Positions 30,597-40,583 are shown, counted from the stretch's first letter. The stretch is DNA of 64,000 nucleotides from an uncultured Armatimonadia bacterium (GCA_963749155.1 CAVVLO010000001.1:448001-512000), one strand, 5' to 3'. The notes: generated by a model from the sequence alone, not told the origin. Made by a program: numbers and translations.

Positions 30597-32181
30597 ATGA
30601 AAGTCCTTGTAGCCGATCCACTGGATGCGGCAGGGGTAGAACTGCTCGAGCAGGCTGCCCAGGTCGATGTGAAACCTGGTCTTTCCGAAGCCGAACTCGT
30701 CGAGATTATCGGCGAATATGACGGCCTTATCGTGCGCAGTGGCGTAAAAGTCACCCGCCCCATTATCGAGGCCGCCGACAACCTGAAGATTATCGGCCGG
30801 GCGGGCGTGGGCGTAGACAACATAGATGTCCCGGCCGCGACCGAGAAAGGCATTATCGTGGTCAACTCGCCAGCCGGCAACACCATCGCGGCGACCGAGC
30901 ACAGCTTCGCGCTCATCCTCGCGATGGCGCGTAAAATCCCGATGGCCTATATGTCCATGAAAGAAGGCAAATGGGAGCGCGGCAAGTTCAAAGGCGTCGA
31001 GCTTTACAAGAAGACCCTTGGCCTGGTGGGGCTTGGCGCGTATCGGTATGGGTATGGCCAGGCGCGCGCAGGAGTTCGTTATGAAGGTCGTCGCCTACGA
31101 TCCCTATGTAGACGCTGACTATGCGGCAGAAGCCGGCATCGAACTCGTGGATACCCCCGAGGAGCTTTTCGAGAAGTCGGATTTCATCAGCCTGCATGCT
31201 CCAGCCACCGACAAGACCAAAGGGATGGTCAACACCGCGCTGCTTTCTCATGCCAGGCCCAACCTCAGGCTCGTGAACTGTGCTCGAGGCGCGCTGGTAG
31301 ACCTGGACGATCTGAACCAGGCGCTGGAGGAAGGCAAGCTGGCCGCCGCTGCGCTGGATGTCTATCCAGGCGAGCCGCCGGACTTCAACCATCCGATTTT
31401 CGCCTCTGACAAAGTAATCGTGACGCCTCATCTGGGCGCTTCCACCGAAGAGGCCCAGCTCAATGTAGCGCTCGATGTCTGCCAGCAGACAGTGGATGTC
31501 TTCAAGGGATTGCCCGCTACCTCGGCGGTCAATCTGCCTGCGGTAGATCCCCAGGTATTGGCCTTCGCGAGGCCCTATCTGCTGCTTGCCGAGAAGATGG
31601 GCCGGATGGCCGCGGCGCTTGCCAACTGCCGCATCAACCGGGTCGAGGTGGCCTGCACGGCGGAACTTGCCGATCAGGCGATGACCATCGTCTCGCGCAG
31701 CTTCATCAAGGGACTGCTCGAGCCTATCCTCACGACCAGCGTTAATTTCGTGAACGCGCCAACCGTAGCCCGGGCAAGAGGGATTGAGGTCGACGAGAAG
31801 AAGGTTGCCGAGTCGATAGATTATCCCGACGAGATACGCGCCCTGGTCCAAGGCGAAGACGGCTGCGATGTGACCTTACTCGGTACCGTCTTTGGCGCCG
31901 ACGACCCGCGCATCGTGGCCATCAACAACCTGCGCGTGGATGTTATTCCCGAAGGCTACAAGCTGCTGCTGCCACACGAGGACAGGCCTGGGATGATTGG
32001 TCAGGTCGGCAGCCTGCTTGGAGAGCGCGACATCAATATCGCCGGGATGCAGGTAGGCCGGGACAAACCACGCGGCCAGGCTCTGATGGTGCTCAGCGTT
32101 GACAGTCTCGTGCCCGAACCTGTAATGGCCGAGATAGTTAAGATCGGCGGTATTAAAGGGTGCGTGCAGGTTCAGTTATAG
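30597..32181 (+). CDS. serA: D-3-phosphoglycerate dehydrogenase with ASB and ACT domains; frameshift near 31037
   Basis: GRAGVGVDNID, GLVGLG/RIG, TPHLGASTEEAQ, EDRPGMIG, INIAGMQVGR. Confidence 0.95.
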
Positions 32182-32193
32182 GAGGAGCCCTTC

Positions 32194-32955
32194 TTGCGGC
32201 TGCTTGTTACCAATGACGATGGGTTAGACTCACCTGGAATAAAAGCCCTTGCAGCGGCTTTTGGAGCCGTGGCCGAAGTAATTGTGGTAGCGCCCGAGCG
32301 CCCTCAAAGCGCTTGCAGCCACGCGGTCACTCTCCATAAGCCGCTGCGAGTGCGTCAAGTGGGGCAGGAGCCGGGGGTCACTTACTGGACCGCCAACGGC
32401 ACCCCTGCCGACTGTGTGATTATCGGCCTCGACCGGCTGAAGCAGACGCCGCCCGACCTGGTGCTTAGCGGTATCAACGAAGGGTGGAACCTGGGCGAAG
32501 ATATTATTTACTCCGGCACGGTCGCCGCGGCTGTCGAGGCTGCCCTGCACAGAGTGCCCTCGATGGCGCTTTCGGCTGCGCCCGAGGCTGCGCCCAATTG
32601 GCCCAAACTTGCCCAGTTTTCGCTGGAACTTGTCAGGCGCGTCCAGCAGATTGAACTGCCGACAGACACCTGCCTCGCGGTTAATTTTCCTCCGATTGAA
32701 AAAGAAGATCCAAAAGGAATAATCGTTTCCAGGCCGGGCAGAAGGAATTATCCAACGACTATCGAAGCTAGGGTAGACCCCCGTGGCCAGCCGTATTACT
32801 GGCTTGGAGTAGAGAAGCCTGAAGACTCGGCTGAGCCCCGGACTGACGTGTGGTGTGTGAATAACGGGTACCTTTCAGTTACCCCGCTAGGCCTTGAGCT
32901 GACCCGGACCCAGGCTATGGAGCCGCTGGGCAGTCTCGAGGGAAGCTGGGTGTAA
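32194..32955 (+). CDS. surE: 5'/3'-nucleotidase SurE
   Basis: LVTNDDG, GTPADCV, SGINEG.N, YSGTVAAA, DPRGQPYYW. Confidence 0.95.
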   Translation: MRLLVTNDDGLDSPGIKALAAAFGAVAEVIVVAPERPQSACSHAVTLHKPLRVRQVGQEPGVTYWTANGTPADCVIIGLDRLKQTPPDLVLSGINEGWNLGEDIIYSGTVAAAVEAALHRVPSMALSAAPEAAPNWPKLAQFSLELVRRVQQIELPTDTCLAVNFPPIEKEDPKGIIVSRPGRRNYPTTIEARVDPRGQPYYWLGVEKPEDSAEPRTDVWCVNNGYLSVTPLGLELTRTQAMEPLGSLEGSWV

Positions 32956-33027
32956 CTACTTTTGCCCGCGCCCGCACTCTGCTATACTTGGCGCCAGGAT
33001 CCTGTAAGGCAAGGAGCGGAACCGTAG

Positions 33028-34836
33028 ATGGCTCGATTCAGCTTGCAGTCACCGCGGGTAAGGAACTATCTCATTACGTTCCTCGTAATCCTGCTAATAG
33101 TGGCTTATAGCGTGTATAAATCCCGTGTTACAGAAGGGTTGCTGCAGGGGCTTGCCAGCCCTGAAGAGCAAATCCGGCAAACGGCTGCTCTGAGCCTGCT
33201 GGCCTCGGATAACCTCATCAACGCTACTCTTGATGAGCCTGAGTGGATCCGCCTTAACGCCTGCAATGCGCTTGCCAAAGCCGAACCCAACGAGCGCACC
33301 CTCGACACGCTGGTCAAGTTCTGCAAGGACCCCTCTTTGCGCGTCCGTACCGCTGCTGGCCTGACCTGGGGTAGTTTTGGTATGGAAGCTCTCGAGCGTT
33401 CCGTTAAAGAACTCGGTAGTGGCGATGCCAACGTGCGCCTGCAGGCGGTCGAAGCCATCAAGAAAATTGGCTCTGGCGCCGCTTCGCAGACGCTGATGGC
33501 GTATAAAGATTCCTTCGAACAGGACCCCATAGACTGGAACCAGCGCATTGCCGCTGCCCAGGCGCTGGGCGGGCTGAAGGCCGAGAAAGCTGTCAAAGAG
33601 CTTATCGCCGGGCTGAAAGACCAGAATGCCACCGCCCGGGTGACCGCTCGCGATTCGCTTGTGGCTATTGGCGTGCCCTCCGTGGAGCCTCTGCTTGCCA
33701 TACTCGAGGACGGCGACCCGCCGCAGCCTCAGTACGCCGCTTACTGCCTGGGTATGATCAAGATTACCCCGCCTGCTCCTGTGGTTGAGGAAGTGGCCGA
33801 AGAAGAAGAGGAAGAAGCGGCTACCGACGCAGTAGCTACTGACTCTACGACGACTGCCGCTGAGGAAGAGGAAGTCCAGGCCACCGAGGGCGAGGTTGAA
33901 GTCGCCAGTGAGCCTGCTGATGCCGAAGCCGAAGCCGCCGCTGAGGAAGAAGAAGAGGAAGAAGTCGTGGCAGCAGCCCCGGCGCCCGAGCCTTATGTGC
34001 CCGAGGTTATCTTCCAGAAGGCCGTGCCTGCTTTGCTTGTGGCCCTTAACCGCGACGACATAGCTACCACTGTGGCCGCTGCTCTCGGCAATATCGCCGA
34101 CAAACGCGCGGTAGCGCCGTTGATCTCTTCACTCGCGCGCCCTGCCGAGATAGCCGCCGCAGCCGCTTCGGCCCTGGGTAAACTCGCTGATCAGCGCGCC
34201 GTCATGCCGCTTATCAACGCCCTGCACAGTGACACCGAGTGGGTAGCGGAGGCTGCAGGTCTGGCTCTCACCCAGCTTGGTAAACCTTCTGTTACGCCTC
34301 TTATGGCAATGACCGGAGAAGCTCAGGGGGAGATACGCCAGCGCGCCATCAAGGCTCTGGCCGAGATGAATGATCCCACGCTCTCGGGCGTCTTTATCTC
34401 GCATCTTAAGGACCCGGCCGCTTCGGTTCGCCTGCAGTGCGCTCGCGCGCTTGGTATGTTGCGCCCGAACAGCGCAGTGCCGGCTCTGGTTGCGGTGCTT
34501 GCGGATCCCGACTGGCATGTCAGCTATGCGGCTCGTGATGCCCTGGTCTATATCGGCACGCCCGCTGTAACGGCTCTCATCGGCGCGATGAGTTCTGACA
34601 ATCCCCGCACGCGGCTTTATGCCCAGCAGGCGCTTGTCGGGGTAGGAGATGGAGCTGTCGAGCCAGCCATAAAGGCCCTTGCAAGCCAGAACACCGCGAC
34701 GCGCCTTGGCGCTGTCATCGTACTTGGCGAACTTGGGGGCCAGCGCGCTGTAAAAGCTTTGCAGACGCTCGATAAAGACCCCAACGAGACTGTGAGGAAC
34801 CAGGTTTCACGCGCCCTGTCGACTATCGGCACCTAA
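33028..34836 (+). CDS. Membrane-anchored HEAT/PBS-lyase repeat protein with acidic low-complexity insert
   Basis: N-terminal TM; repeated VR..AA.ALG...AV..L units; Glu/Ala tract at ~33770-33990. Confidence 0.88.
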   Translation: MARFSLQSPRVRNYLITFLVILLIVAYSVYKSRVTEGLLQGLASPEEQIRQTAALSLLASDNLINATLDEPEWIRLNACNALAKAEPNERTLDTLVKFCKDPSLRVRTAAGLTWGSFGMEALERSVKELGSGDANVRLQAVEAIKKIGSGAASQTLMAYKDSFEQDPIDWNQRIAAAQALGGLKAEKAVKELIAGLKDQNATARVTARDSLVAIGVPSVEPLLAILEDGDPPQPQYAAYCLGMIKITPPAPVVEEVAEEEEEEAATDAVATDSTTTAAEEEEVQATEGEVEVASEPADAEAEAAAEEEEEEEVVAAAPAPEPYVPEVIFQKAVPALLVALNRDDIATTVAAALGNIADKRAVAPLISSLARPAEIAAAAASALGKLADQRAVMPLINALHSDTEWVAEAAGLALTQLGKPSVTPLMAMTGEAQGEIRQRAIKALAEMNDPTLSGVFISHLKDPAASVRLQCARALGMLRPNSAVPALVAVLADPDWHVSYAARDALVYIGTPAVTALIGAMSSDNPRTRLYAQQALVGVGDGAVEPAIKALASQNTATRLGAVIVLGELGGQRAVKALQTLDKDPNETVRNQVSRALSTIGT

Positions 34837-34875
34837 CCCTTGCAGTTAGTCAGACAGCCTGATAGCAGGTAAACC

Positions 34876-34915
34876 GCGGCAAGCTCCTCACCCGAGGGTC
34901 TTGCCGCTGTCTTTT
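34876..34915 (+). terminator. Probable intrinsic terminator
   Basis: GCGGCAAG...CTTGCCGC followed by TGTCTTTT. Confidence 0.55.
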
Positions 34916-34939
34916 GGGTTGAAGGGAGGAGACCGCCGT

Positions 34940-35803
34940 ATGCCAAGCCCTGTCGTCAGACGTTTTACCGGGTTGCTGGCGCTAATGGCACTGGCTTGTT
35001 GCCTCGCTCCCGCCTGGCCCTGGGCTAACGGAACCGCTGCTCGCTCCGGAGGCATCCCTTTCGGCACCCATGACTGGCTGGCCTGGGAGGCCGTCCAGTT
35101 GCTGCCGGAGCAGAGCCGCTGGTGGCTTGTCCAGAACGATGACGCCCTGTGCCTTGGCACCTCCGCGCCCGACAACAAGCAGGATGCCACAGGCTTTGCG
35201 GACGTTGAGGATTATCAGGATCGGCCCAGGCATCACGTCTATTTTTCGATATATGGCCCTTGCGCCGATTTTGCTTCCGCCTTGCGGGTATTACAAGAGT
35301 ATGATGAGGCTCTCGCCGCGCTTCGCGCTGGCAACCATCGCAAGGCGGCCTTTCATGTTGGGGCGATGACCCACTATTTTTGCGATATCGCAGTATGGGC
35401 GCATCTGATGGGACAAGGCAGCGACCTGCCCTCCGAAGAAGACCGGGCTCACAGCTTTTATGAAGAGGGCGTAGACAAAACTATCACGCCCAAATATGCC
35501 AAGGATCCGGTCGCTGGACGTGATTCGACGGTTTTTGGCCGTTATCTGGCCTTCGATGGGCAGCTCGAGTTTCTTTATCCCATCGAGGCTACCCTTAGAC
35601 TGGCCCGCGTAATCCACGCCGGACCACCCGGGGGCCTGAGCCCGGCCAGGTTCAATGAGGTAATCGATACAAGCATCGTCTCAAAGTGGCCAGAGGCGGC
35701 AGTGCGCACTACTGGCCTCAATATGAACACAGCAATCAATGGACTGGCTGACCTGATTTATTCCTTGTTGCTGGACGCGGAGCTGTTGCCAGCCGCAGCC
35801 TGA
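34940..35803 (+). CDS. Secreted zinc-dependent phospholipase C / P1 nuclease family protein
   Basis: Signal peptide, then W...THDW, APD, HHVY, GAMTHYFCD, AHL, HSFYE Zn ligands. Confidence 0.8.
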   Translation: MPSPVVRRFTGLLALMALACCLAPAWPWANGTAARSGGIPFGTHDWLAWEAVQLLPEQSRWWLVQNDDALCLGTSAPDNKQDATGFADVEDYQDRPRHHVYFSIYGPCADFASALRVLQEYDEALAALRAGNHRKAAFHVGAMTHYFCDIAVWAHLMGQGSDLPSEEDRAHSFYEEGVDKTITPKYAKDPVAGRDSTVFGRYLAFDGQLEFLYPIEATLRLARVIHAGPPGGLSPARFNEVIDTSIVSKWPEAAVRTTGLNMNTAINGLADLIYSLLLDAELLPAAA

Positions 35804-35823
35804 AAGCAAGACGCGCGGGGGGC

Positions 35824-36948
35824 GTGTTTTCGGTGAGGTTGCAAATTGTAATTCTGGATTCACTGATTTTCCTTTTACTGGTTGCCTTAACAACAGGGGC
35901 ACTGGCCTGGACTCCTGACACCAAGTCGGCGCTGGCGGGGCGTTGCTTCAAATCAATGCCTGGCGAGTGGCAACGCCAGATTGGCCCTGGTCTGACGACA
36001 ATCAAAAAGGCTGCTTCGACCGCCAGATTCGACTTCAACAAAGGCCCCAAACCAGCCGATTATCCCTCGCGCGACGCCTGGGTCGAAGCCGTGCTGGAGC
36101 AGGAATACAGCGAGCTCGTGGCCTCCGCTGTGAAAAGCGACGACCCGGCCGAGGGGCTCGAGCATCTCGGGCGGCTGGCGGGACTGATTGCCGAGGCCCA
36201 TATGCCCCTTACGGGCAACTGGCCTTTTATTGGGCAGGCTGGCGCCCCTCCCAAGCTCAGAGCCTCTTACGAAGCGGATGTAATGAAGGCCTTGCCAACG
36301 CTTACCTGGCAAGTCAGCGCCGTCTCGCCCAGAGCGCCTTACAATCTGGCGGACAGGGGGATTTGGGCGCGCAGTTTCGAGGATGCCGTTACTTACGCCT
36401 ATAGCAGTGGCACGGGCTTCGCGGTGCTGCGCAGCATCACCAGGCTGGTGCTTCAGAAATCCTCCGTCACCACCGTCGAAGCCTGGATGGCAGCCTTGCG
36501 CGATGTCAGCGCGCAGCTCAAACAACAGTATTATCTGGTCGAATCCGCCAGGAAACGCGGCAATATCGTGTATCTCAAAGGGGAAGAATTGTATTTCCCC
36601 CTGCGCAAGATAGCCGCTTTTGGGCGTTTTTCGGTCACCTGGCAGGCAAGTGAGAGTCGCGCTTATGCGGTGCGAGAAGATCGCTGGGCCGCGGTAAAGC
36701 CAAACGAACGCAAAGCTGTGCTGGATGGGAAGACTCACAAGCTTCGAGTGGCGCCCGAGATTATAGAGGGAGCCCTTTCGGTGCCTGTGCAGTTTGTGGA
36801 AGAGTTTCTCGGTATGAAGGTTACCTTCGACAAGACCAGTCCGTTAATTATGACCGAGGATCTGCCCGCCGAAAAGCGGGAGTTGTGGGCCGCGAAGCCC
36901 TTGCCTGGCGAGGAAAATCGCGGCTGGTTCTGGTGGTGGCCGTTCTAG
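35824..36948 (+). CDS. Secreted degenerate PLC/P1-like domain fused to copper-amine-oxidase N-terminal (stalk) domain
   Basis: Mature N-terminal W; LGRLAGLIAEAHMPL; C-terminal LYFPLRKIA...LRVAPEIIEGALSVPVQFVEEFLGMKVTFD. Confidence 0.6.
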   Translation: MFSVRLQIVILDSLIFLLLVALTTGALAWTPDTKSALAGRCFKSMPGEWQRQIGPGLTTIKKAASTARFDFNKGPKPADYPSRDAWVEAVLEQEYSELVASAVKSDDPAEGLEHLGRLAGLIAEAHMPLTGNWPFIGQAGAPPKLRASYEADVMKALPTLTWQVSAVSPRAPYNLADRGIWARSFEDAVTYAYSSGTGFAVLRSITRLVLQKSSVTTVEAWMAALRDVSAQLKQQYYLVESARKRGNIVYLKGEELYFPLRKIAAFGRFSVTWQASESRAYAVREDRWAAVKPNERKAVLDGKTHKLRVAPEIIEGALSVPVQFVEEFLGMKVTFDKTSPLIMTEDLPAEKRELWAAKPLPGEENRGWFWWWPF

Positions 36949-36966
36949 GATGAGGGGGAGCAAGTT

Positions 36967-37863
36967 TTGAGTATCGTCCTGACGGCTACACCGAAGCTGG
37001 CTCGAGAACTGGAGCGGCTTGGCCTTTCACGCGTTGCCGAGCGGCCTGCGCTTGCCTGGGCAGGCCCCGAGGTGCGAGTTACCCTTTACCACACTGGCAA
37101 GGTATTGGTGCAGGGCAAGCTGGGCGAAGAATTTGCCGCTCATCTCGTCGAGTCGGGTGTGGCGCGGCCAGCCCTTCCTGCCAGGAAAGCCTCCCTCTCG
37201 CGAGGCGCGCCGGATGAAGTGGACGCGGGCCGAGGACGCATCGGCGCTGATGAGGCGGGCAAGGGCGACTACTTCGGCCCTCTTGTCGTGGCGGCTTTCG
37301 CTGTGGAAGAGAAGCAGCTTCCTCTGCTGGCAGAGCTGGCGCCACGTGACAGCAAGCAACTTGGCGATGGGCCCCTCATCCAGTTGGCGGGCCGGCTAAG
37401 CCAGGCCTTCCCCCATAATGTGGACGTCCTCGAACCTGAAGAATACAACCGCATCTACCCGCGCTATGGCAATCTCAATGTGCTGCTGGCTGACCGATAC
37501 ACCGAGACTCTTGAGCCCCTGGTGCGGTCTACGGGCGTTCGTTATGTAATCTGTGACAAATTTGGCCCGGCAGGACGACTCAAAACCAGACTCGCCAAAC
37601 TCGGAAAACTGGAACTGGTGCAGATTACCAAAGGGGAACGAGATTTGGCCGTTGCAGCGGCCTCGATTCTTGCCCGGGCGGCGTATCTGGCAGCTCTGGA
37701 GCGGCTTTCAGAACGTTTCGGTTTGGAGCTTCGACCGGGGTCTGGCGCGCCGACGGTGCGCACTGGACGCCGGTTTGTGGCACAATATGGTGAGACTTCG
37801 CTGGGCCAGGTTGCAAAGTTGCATTTTCGCACTACAGCCGAATTAACAGGCCGCGGTAGCTAA
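36967..37863 (+). CDS. rnhC: Ribonuclease HIII
   Basis: N-terminal LYHTGKVLVQG; IGADEAGKGDYFGPLVV, RDSK, AVAAASILAR, AKLHFRT. Confidence 0.93.
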   Translation: MSIVLTATPKLARELERLGLSRVAERPALAWAGPEVRVTLYHTGKVLVQGKLGEEFAAHLVESGVARPALPARKASLSRGAPDEVDAGRGRIGADEAGKGDYFGPLVVAAFAVEEKQLPLLAELAPRDSKQLGDGPLIQLAGRLSQAFPHNVDVLEPEEYNRIYPRYGNLNVLLADRYTETLEPLVRSTGVRYVICDKFGPAGRLKTRLAKLGKLELVQITKGERDLAVAAASILARAAYLAALERLSERFGLELRPGSGAPTVRTGRRFVAQYGETSLGQVAKLHFRTTAELTGRGS

Positions 37864-37880
37864 GAAGAGAGGACAGACTT

Positions 37881-38870
37881 TTGCTGGCTGGCGACGACAG
37901 GATAGCGGGACTTGATATCGGGGGCACCAAACTCGCGGTGGTACTGAGCAATGCGCGCGGGGATGTGCTGGCGAAGCGCTCGGAGCCGACCAGGGCCAAG
38001 GAAGGCCCCGAGGCGGTCATCGCCCAACTGCTTGCAATGCTTGAAGCGTTGCTGCTCGATCAGGGGATGTGGATGCAGGGCCTCGAAGGCATCGGCATCG
38101 CCTGTGGTGGCCCTCTCAACAGCAAGACGGGGATCATCTACAGTCCGCCCAACCTTCCCGGCTGGAACGCCGTCCCTCTTAAAGAACTGGTTGAAAACGC
38201 CACCAGGTTGCCTGTCATCGTTGAGAACGACGCCAATGCTGGCGCTCTTGCCGAGTTGCGTTTTGGAAACAATCCCAAAATCCGCAACCTGGTCTATATG
38301 ACGATGAGTACCGGCATCGGCGGCGGCATCGTGCTGGATGGGCGTATCTACCACGGCGCCAGCGACCTGGCGGGCGAGGTGGGCCATCAGGTGGTGATGC
38401 CTGACGGGCCAGAGTGCAAATGTGGCAAACGCGGGTGCCTGGAGGCTATCTGTTCAGGCCCCAACATCGCTCGCAGGGCCAGGCAGCACGCCGCGGCGGA
38501 AGACACCCTGATGCTCGAACTGGCAGGGAATGACCTCGAGAGCATCACTTCGGTGCATGTTTTTGCCGCTGCCAGGGCAGGCGACTCGCTGGCAAGTCGC
38601 ATCGTGGATGAAACCGCGTATTATATGGGCGTCGGGATTGCCAATATATTACAGACTCTAAATCCCGAGGTGGTGCGGATTGGCACCATCGCGGTGCGGA
38701 ATGGCGATTTCTTTCTGGCGCCGCTGCGCCGTTATGTCAGGCAAAACACCTGGCCATCAATCTTTGAGGTGTGCCAGATAGAAGCTGCCAGCCTGGGCGA
38801 ATCGGTCGGAGACCTGGCGGCTGTGGCTACTTTCCTCGAACGCCAATGGGAACTGACTGGCACGGACTAG
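37881..38870 (+). CDS. ROK family sugar kinase (glucokinase-like)
   Basis: LDIGGTK, ENDANA, STGIGGG, GEVGH, CKCGKRGCLE. Confidence 0.92.
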   Translation: MLAGDDRIAGLDIGGTKLAVVLSNARGDVLAKRSEPTRAKEGPEAVIAQLLAMLEALLLDQGMWMQGLEGIGIACGGPLNSKTGIIYSPPNLPGWNAVPLKELVENATRLPVIVENDANAGALAELRFGNNPKIRNLVYMTMSTGIGGGIVLDGRIYHGASDLAGEVGHQVVMPDGPECKCGKRGCLEAICSGPNIARRARQHAAAEDTLMLELAGNDLESITSVHVFAAARAGDSLASRIVDETAYYMGVGIANILQTLNPEVVRIGTIAVRNGDFFLAPLRRYVRQNTWPSIFEVCQIEAASLGESVGDLAAVATFLERQWELTGTD

Positions 38871-38908
38871 CCTGGCCACCCGGCCAAGGCAGCAAGAAGG
38901 AGGCAAGG

Positions 38909-39556
38909 ATGGGTTCACTTGATCCCCTTAACGATTATATCCAGGCAGCGCTAGGGCATTTCGCCCAGGTAGATGCGGCCAGAGAACAGGCAATACGGCT
39001 TTCGCGAGAGCTAATCCGAACCTGCGCCAGCGCCATACAGCGCGTTCACCGGGGCGATCTGGAGGCCTCTCGCAAGGGGCTTGACGAGGCGCGGGCTATC
39101 TCAAAAGAGTTGGTCGAGGTCACTAGCCCGTACACCGAGCTTTCGGATTCTGGCCTGGTGACCGATGCGCTCAAGGAATATGCCGAGGGCGAGACCTTCC
39201 TGGCCTGCGTTACAGGGCTCGAGTTGCCTTCTCCTGAGGAACTTGGGGTAGCTTATGCGACCTATCTCAATGGCCTGGCCGAGGCTATCGGCGAATTGCG
39301 CCGCCACGTGCTGGAGTTGCTGCGCGCCTCTGATGTGGAGGGCGCCTCCGAGGCGCTTGCGGCGATGGAGACCATCTATTCATCCCTGATGAATGTCCAT
39401 TATCCCGATGCCATCCTGCAGGGGCTGCGTCACCGGGCCGATGCCGCGCGGGGGATGCTCGAGCGCACCCGGGGCGAGGTCACGAGCGCGGTGCAACAGG
39501 CCAGGCTCGAAGCAGAACTGCGCAAAGCGCGCGAGCTGCTGGAAGGGGGAGCCTGA
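38909..39556 (+). CDS. Translin/TRAX (C3PO-like) family protein
   Basis: REQAIRLSRELIR, KEYAEG, YLNGLAEAIGELRR, LRHRAD; AAGGAGG RBS. Confidence 0.85.
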   Translation: MGSLDPLNDYIQAALGHFAQVDAAREQAIRLSRELIRTCASAIQRVHRGDLEASRKGLDEARAISKELVEVTSPYTELSDSGLVTDALKEYAEGETFLACVTGLELPSPEELGVAYATYLNGLAEAIGELRRHVLELLRASDVEGASEALAAMETIYSSLMNVHYPDAILQGLRHRADAARGMLERTRGEVTSAVQQARLEAELRKARELLEGGA

Positions 39557-40183
39557 ATGCATCCGTTGCTGGTGGAGATGGCCCAGGAGCAGGTTGTGGC
39601 AATTATTCGAGGCACCGTGACCGCCAACACGGCAGGGGCCTCGGAGGCGCTCTGGCGAGCGGGACTTCGCTTCCTGGAAGTGACCTTTACAATTCCTGAA
39701 ACCGGCAAAGCAATCGAGGCGGCGAAGGCTGCGTGTCCCGAGGCGCGCGTCGGCGCCGGCACAATCACCAGCGGGGCGCAGGCGGTCGAAGCTGTGGCCG
39801 CGGGAGCTGAGTTTTTGGTCACGCCGGGCCTTGTGCCTGAGGCGGCCGAGGTTGCAGGACTGGCCGGCGTGCCGATTCTGATGGGCACGACTACTGTCTC
39901 GGAAGTGCTGACAGCCAGGTCTCTTGGATGCGAAGGGGTAAAAATATTCCCTTGTTTCTTGCTGGGGCCTGAATACGTGAAAGCTATACGGGGCCTTGTT
40001 CCCGACCTTTTGATGATGTGCACGGGCGGGGTAAATCCTGAAAACGCCAGGAGCTTTCTCGAGGCGGGGGCAGAAGTAGTTGGCTTTGGCACCGAAGTCG
40101 CCGCGCCGCGTTTGATGGACGAGGGCAACTTCGCTGAACTGGAAGCCCGGGCGAGGGCAGGCCTTCAGAAACTGCGCGCTTGA
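39557..40183 (+). CDS. eda: KDPG/KHG aldolase
   Basis: VAIIR, LEVTF, VGAGT, FLVTP, VKIFP, TGGVN. Confidence 0.88.
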   Translation: MHPLLVEMAQEQVVAIIRGTVTANTAGASEALWRAGLRFLEVTFTIPETGKAIEAAKAACPEARVGAGTITSGAQAVEAVAAGAEFLVTPGLVPEAAEVAGLAGVPILMGTTTVSEVLTARSLGCEGVKIFPCFLLGPEYVKAIRGLVPDLLMMCTGGVNPENARSFLEAGAEVVGFGTEVAAPRLMDEGNFAELEARARAGLQKLRA

Positions 40184-40260
40184 GCAGGGCTTCCGGGCAA
40201 GAGGCTTGAATCAGCGGCTTACCTTTGATACCATACGACCAGTCTGAACTTTAGGTGGTA

Positions 40261-40488
40261 ATGATGTCCGTACTTATTGCTATTCAGCTTCTCGCAGCGC
40301 TCATACTTATTGCGCTTATAGCCAGCCAGACCAGCAAGCAGGAAGGTATGGGCGGCGTGATAGGGGGCCAGACCAGTTCGGCCTTCGGCGGCAAGTCAAT
40401 GTGGGAACACCAGCTCGACAAGTTCACCAAGTATATTGCCATTGGCTTCTTTGCAATAAGCTTCCTTATAAGCGTATTGGGTGGCTAG
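40261..40488 (+). CDS. secG: Preprotein translocase subunit SecG
   Basis: Two TM segments flanking Q.SK.EGMGGVIGG...FGG; LDKFT. Confidence 0.9.
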   Translation: MMSVLIAIQLLAALILIALIASQTSKQEGMGGVIGGQTSSAFGGKSMWEHQLDKFTKYIAIGFFAISFLISVLGG

Positions 40489-40583
40489 ACCAGACGCCTC
40501 GATATGCTTTCTGGTTTTGGTGGCACGAGGGCTCACAGGTCCTCGTGCTGCGCGTTGAATAGCCCTCTGACAGGAGCCCGAAT

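Noticed and set aside
22835..32181. pheT and serA as true pseudogenes or programmed frameshifts
   Set aside because: PheT is essential, there are no slippery heptamers at the breaks and no other decay, and similar indels are scattered through the window
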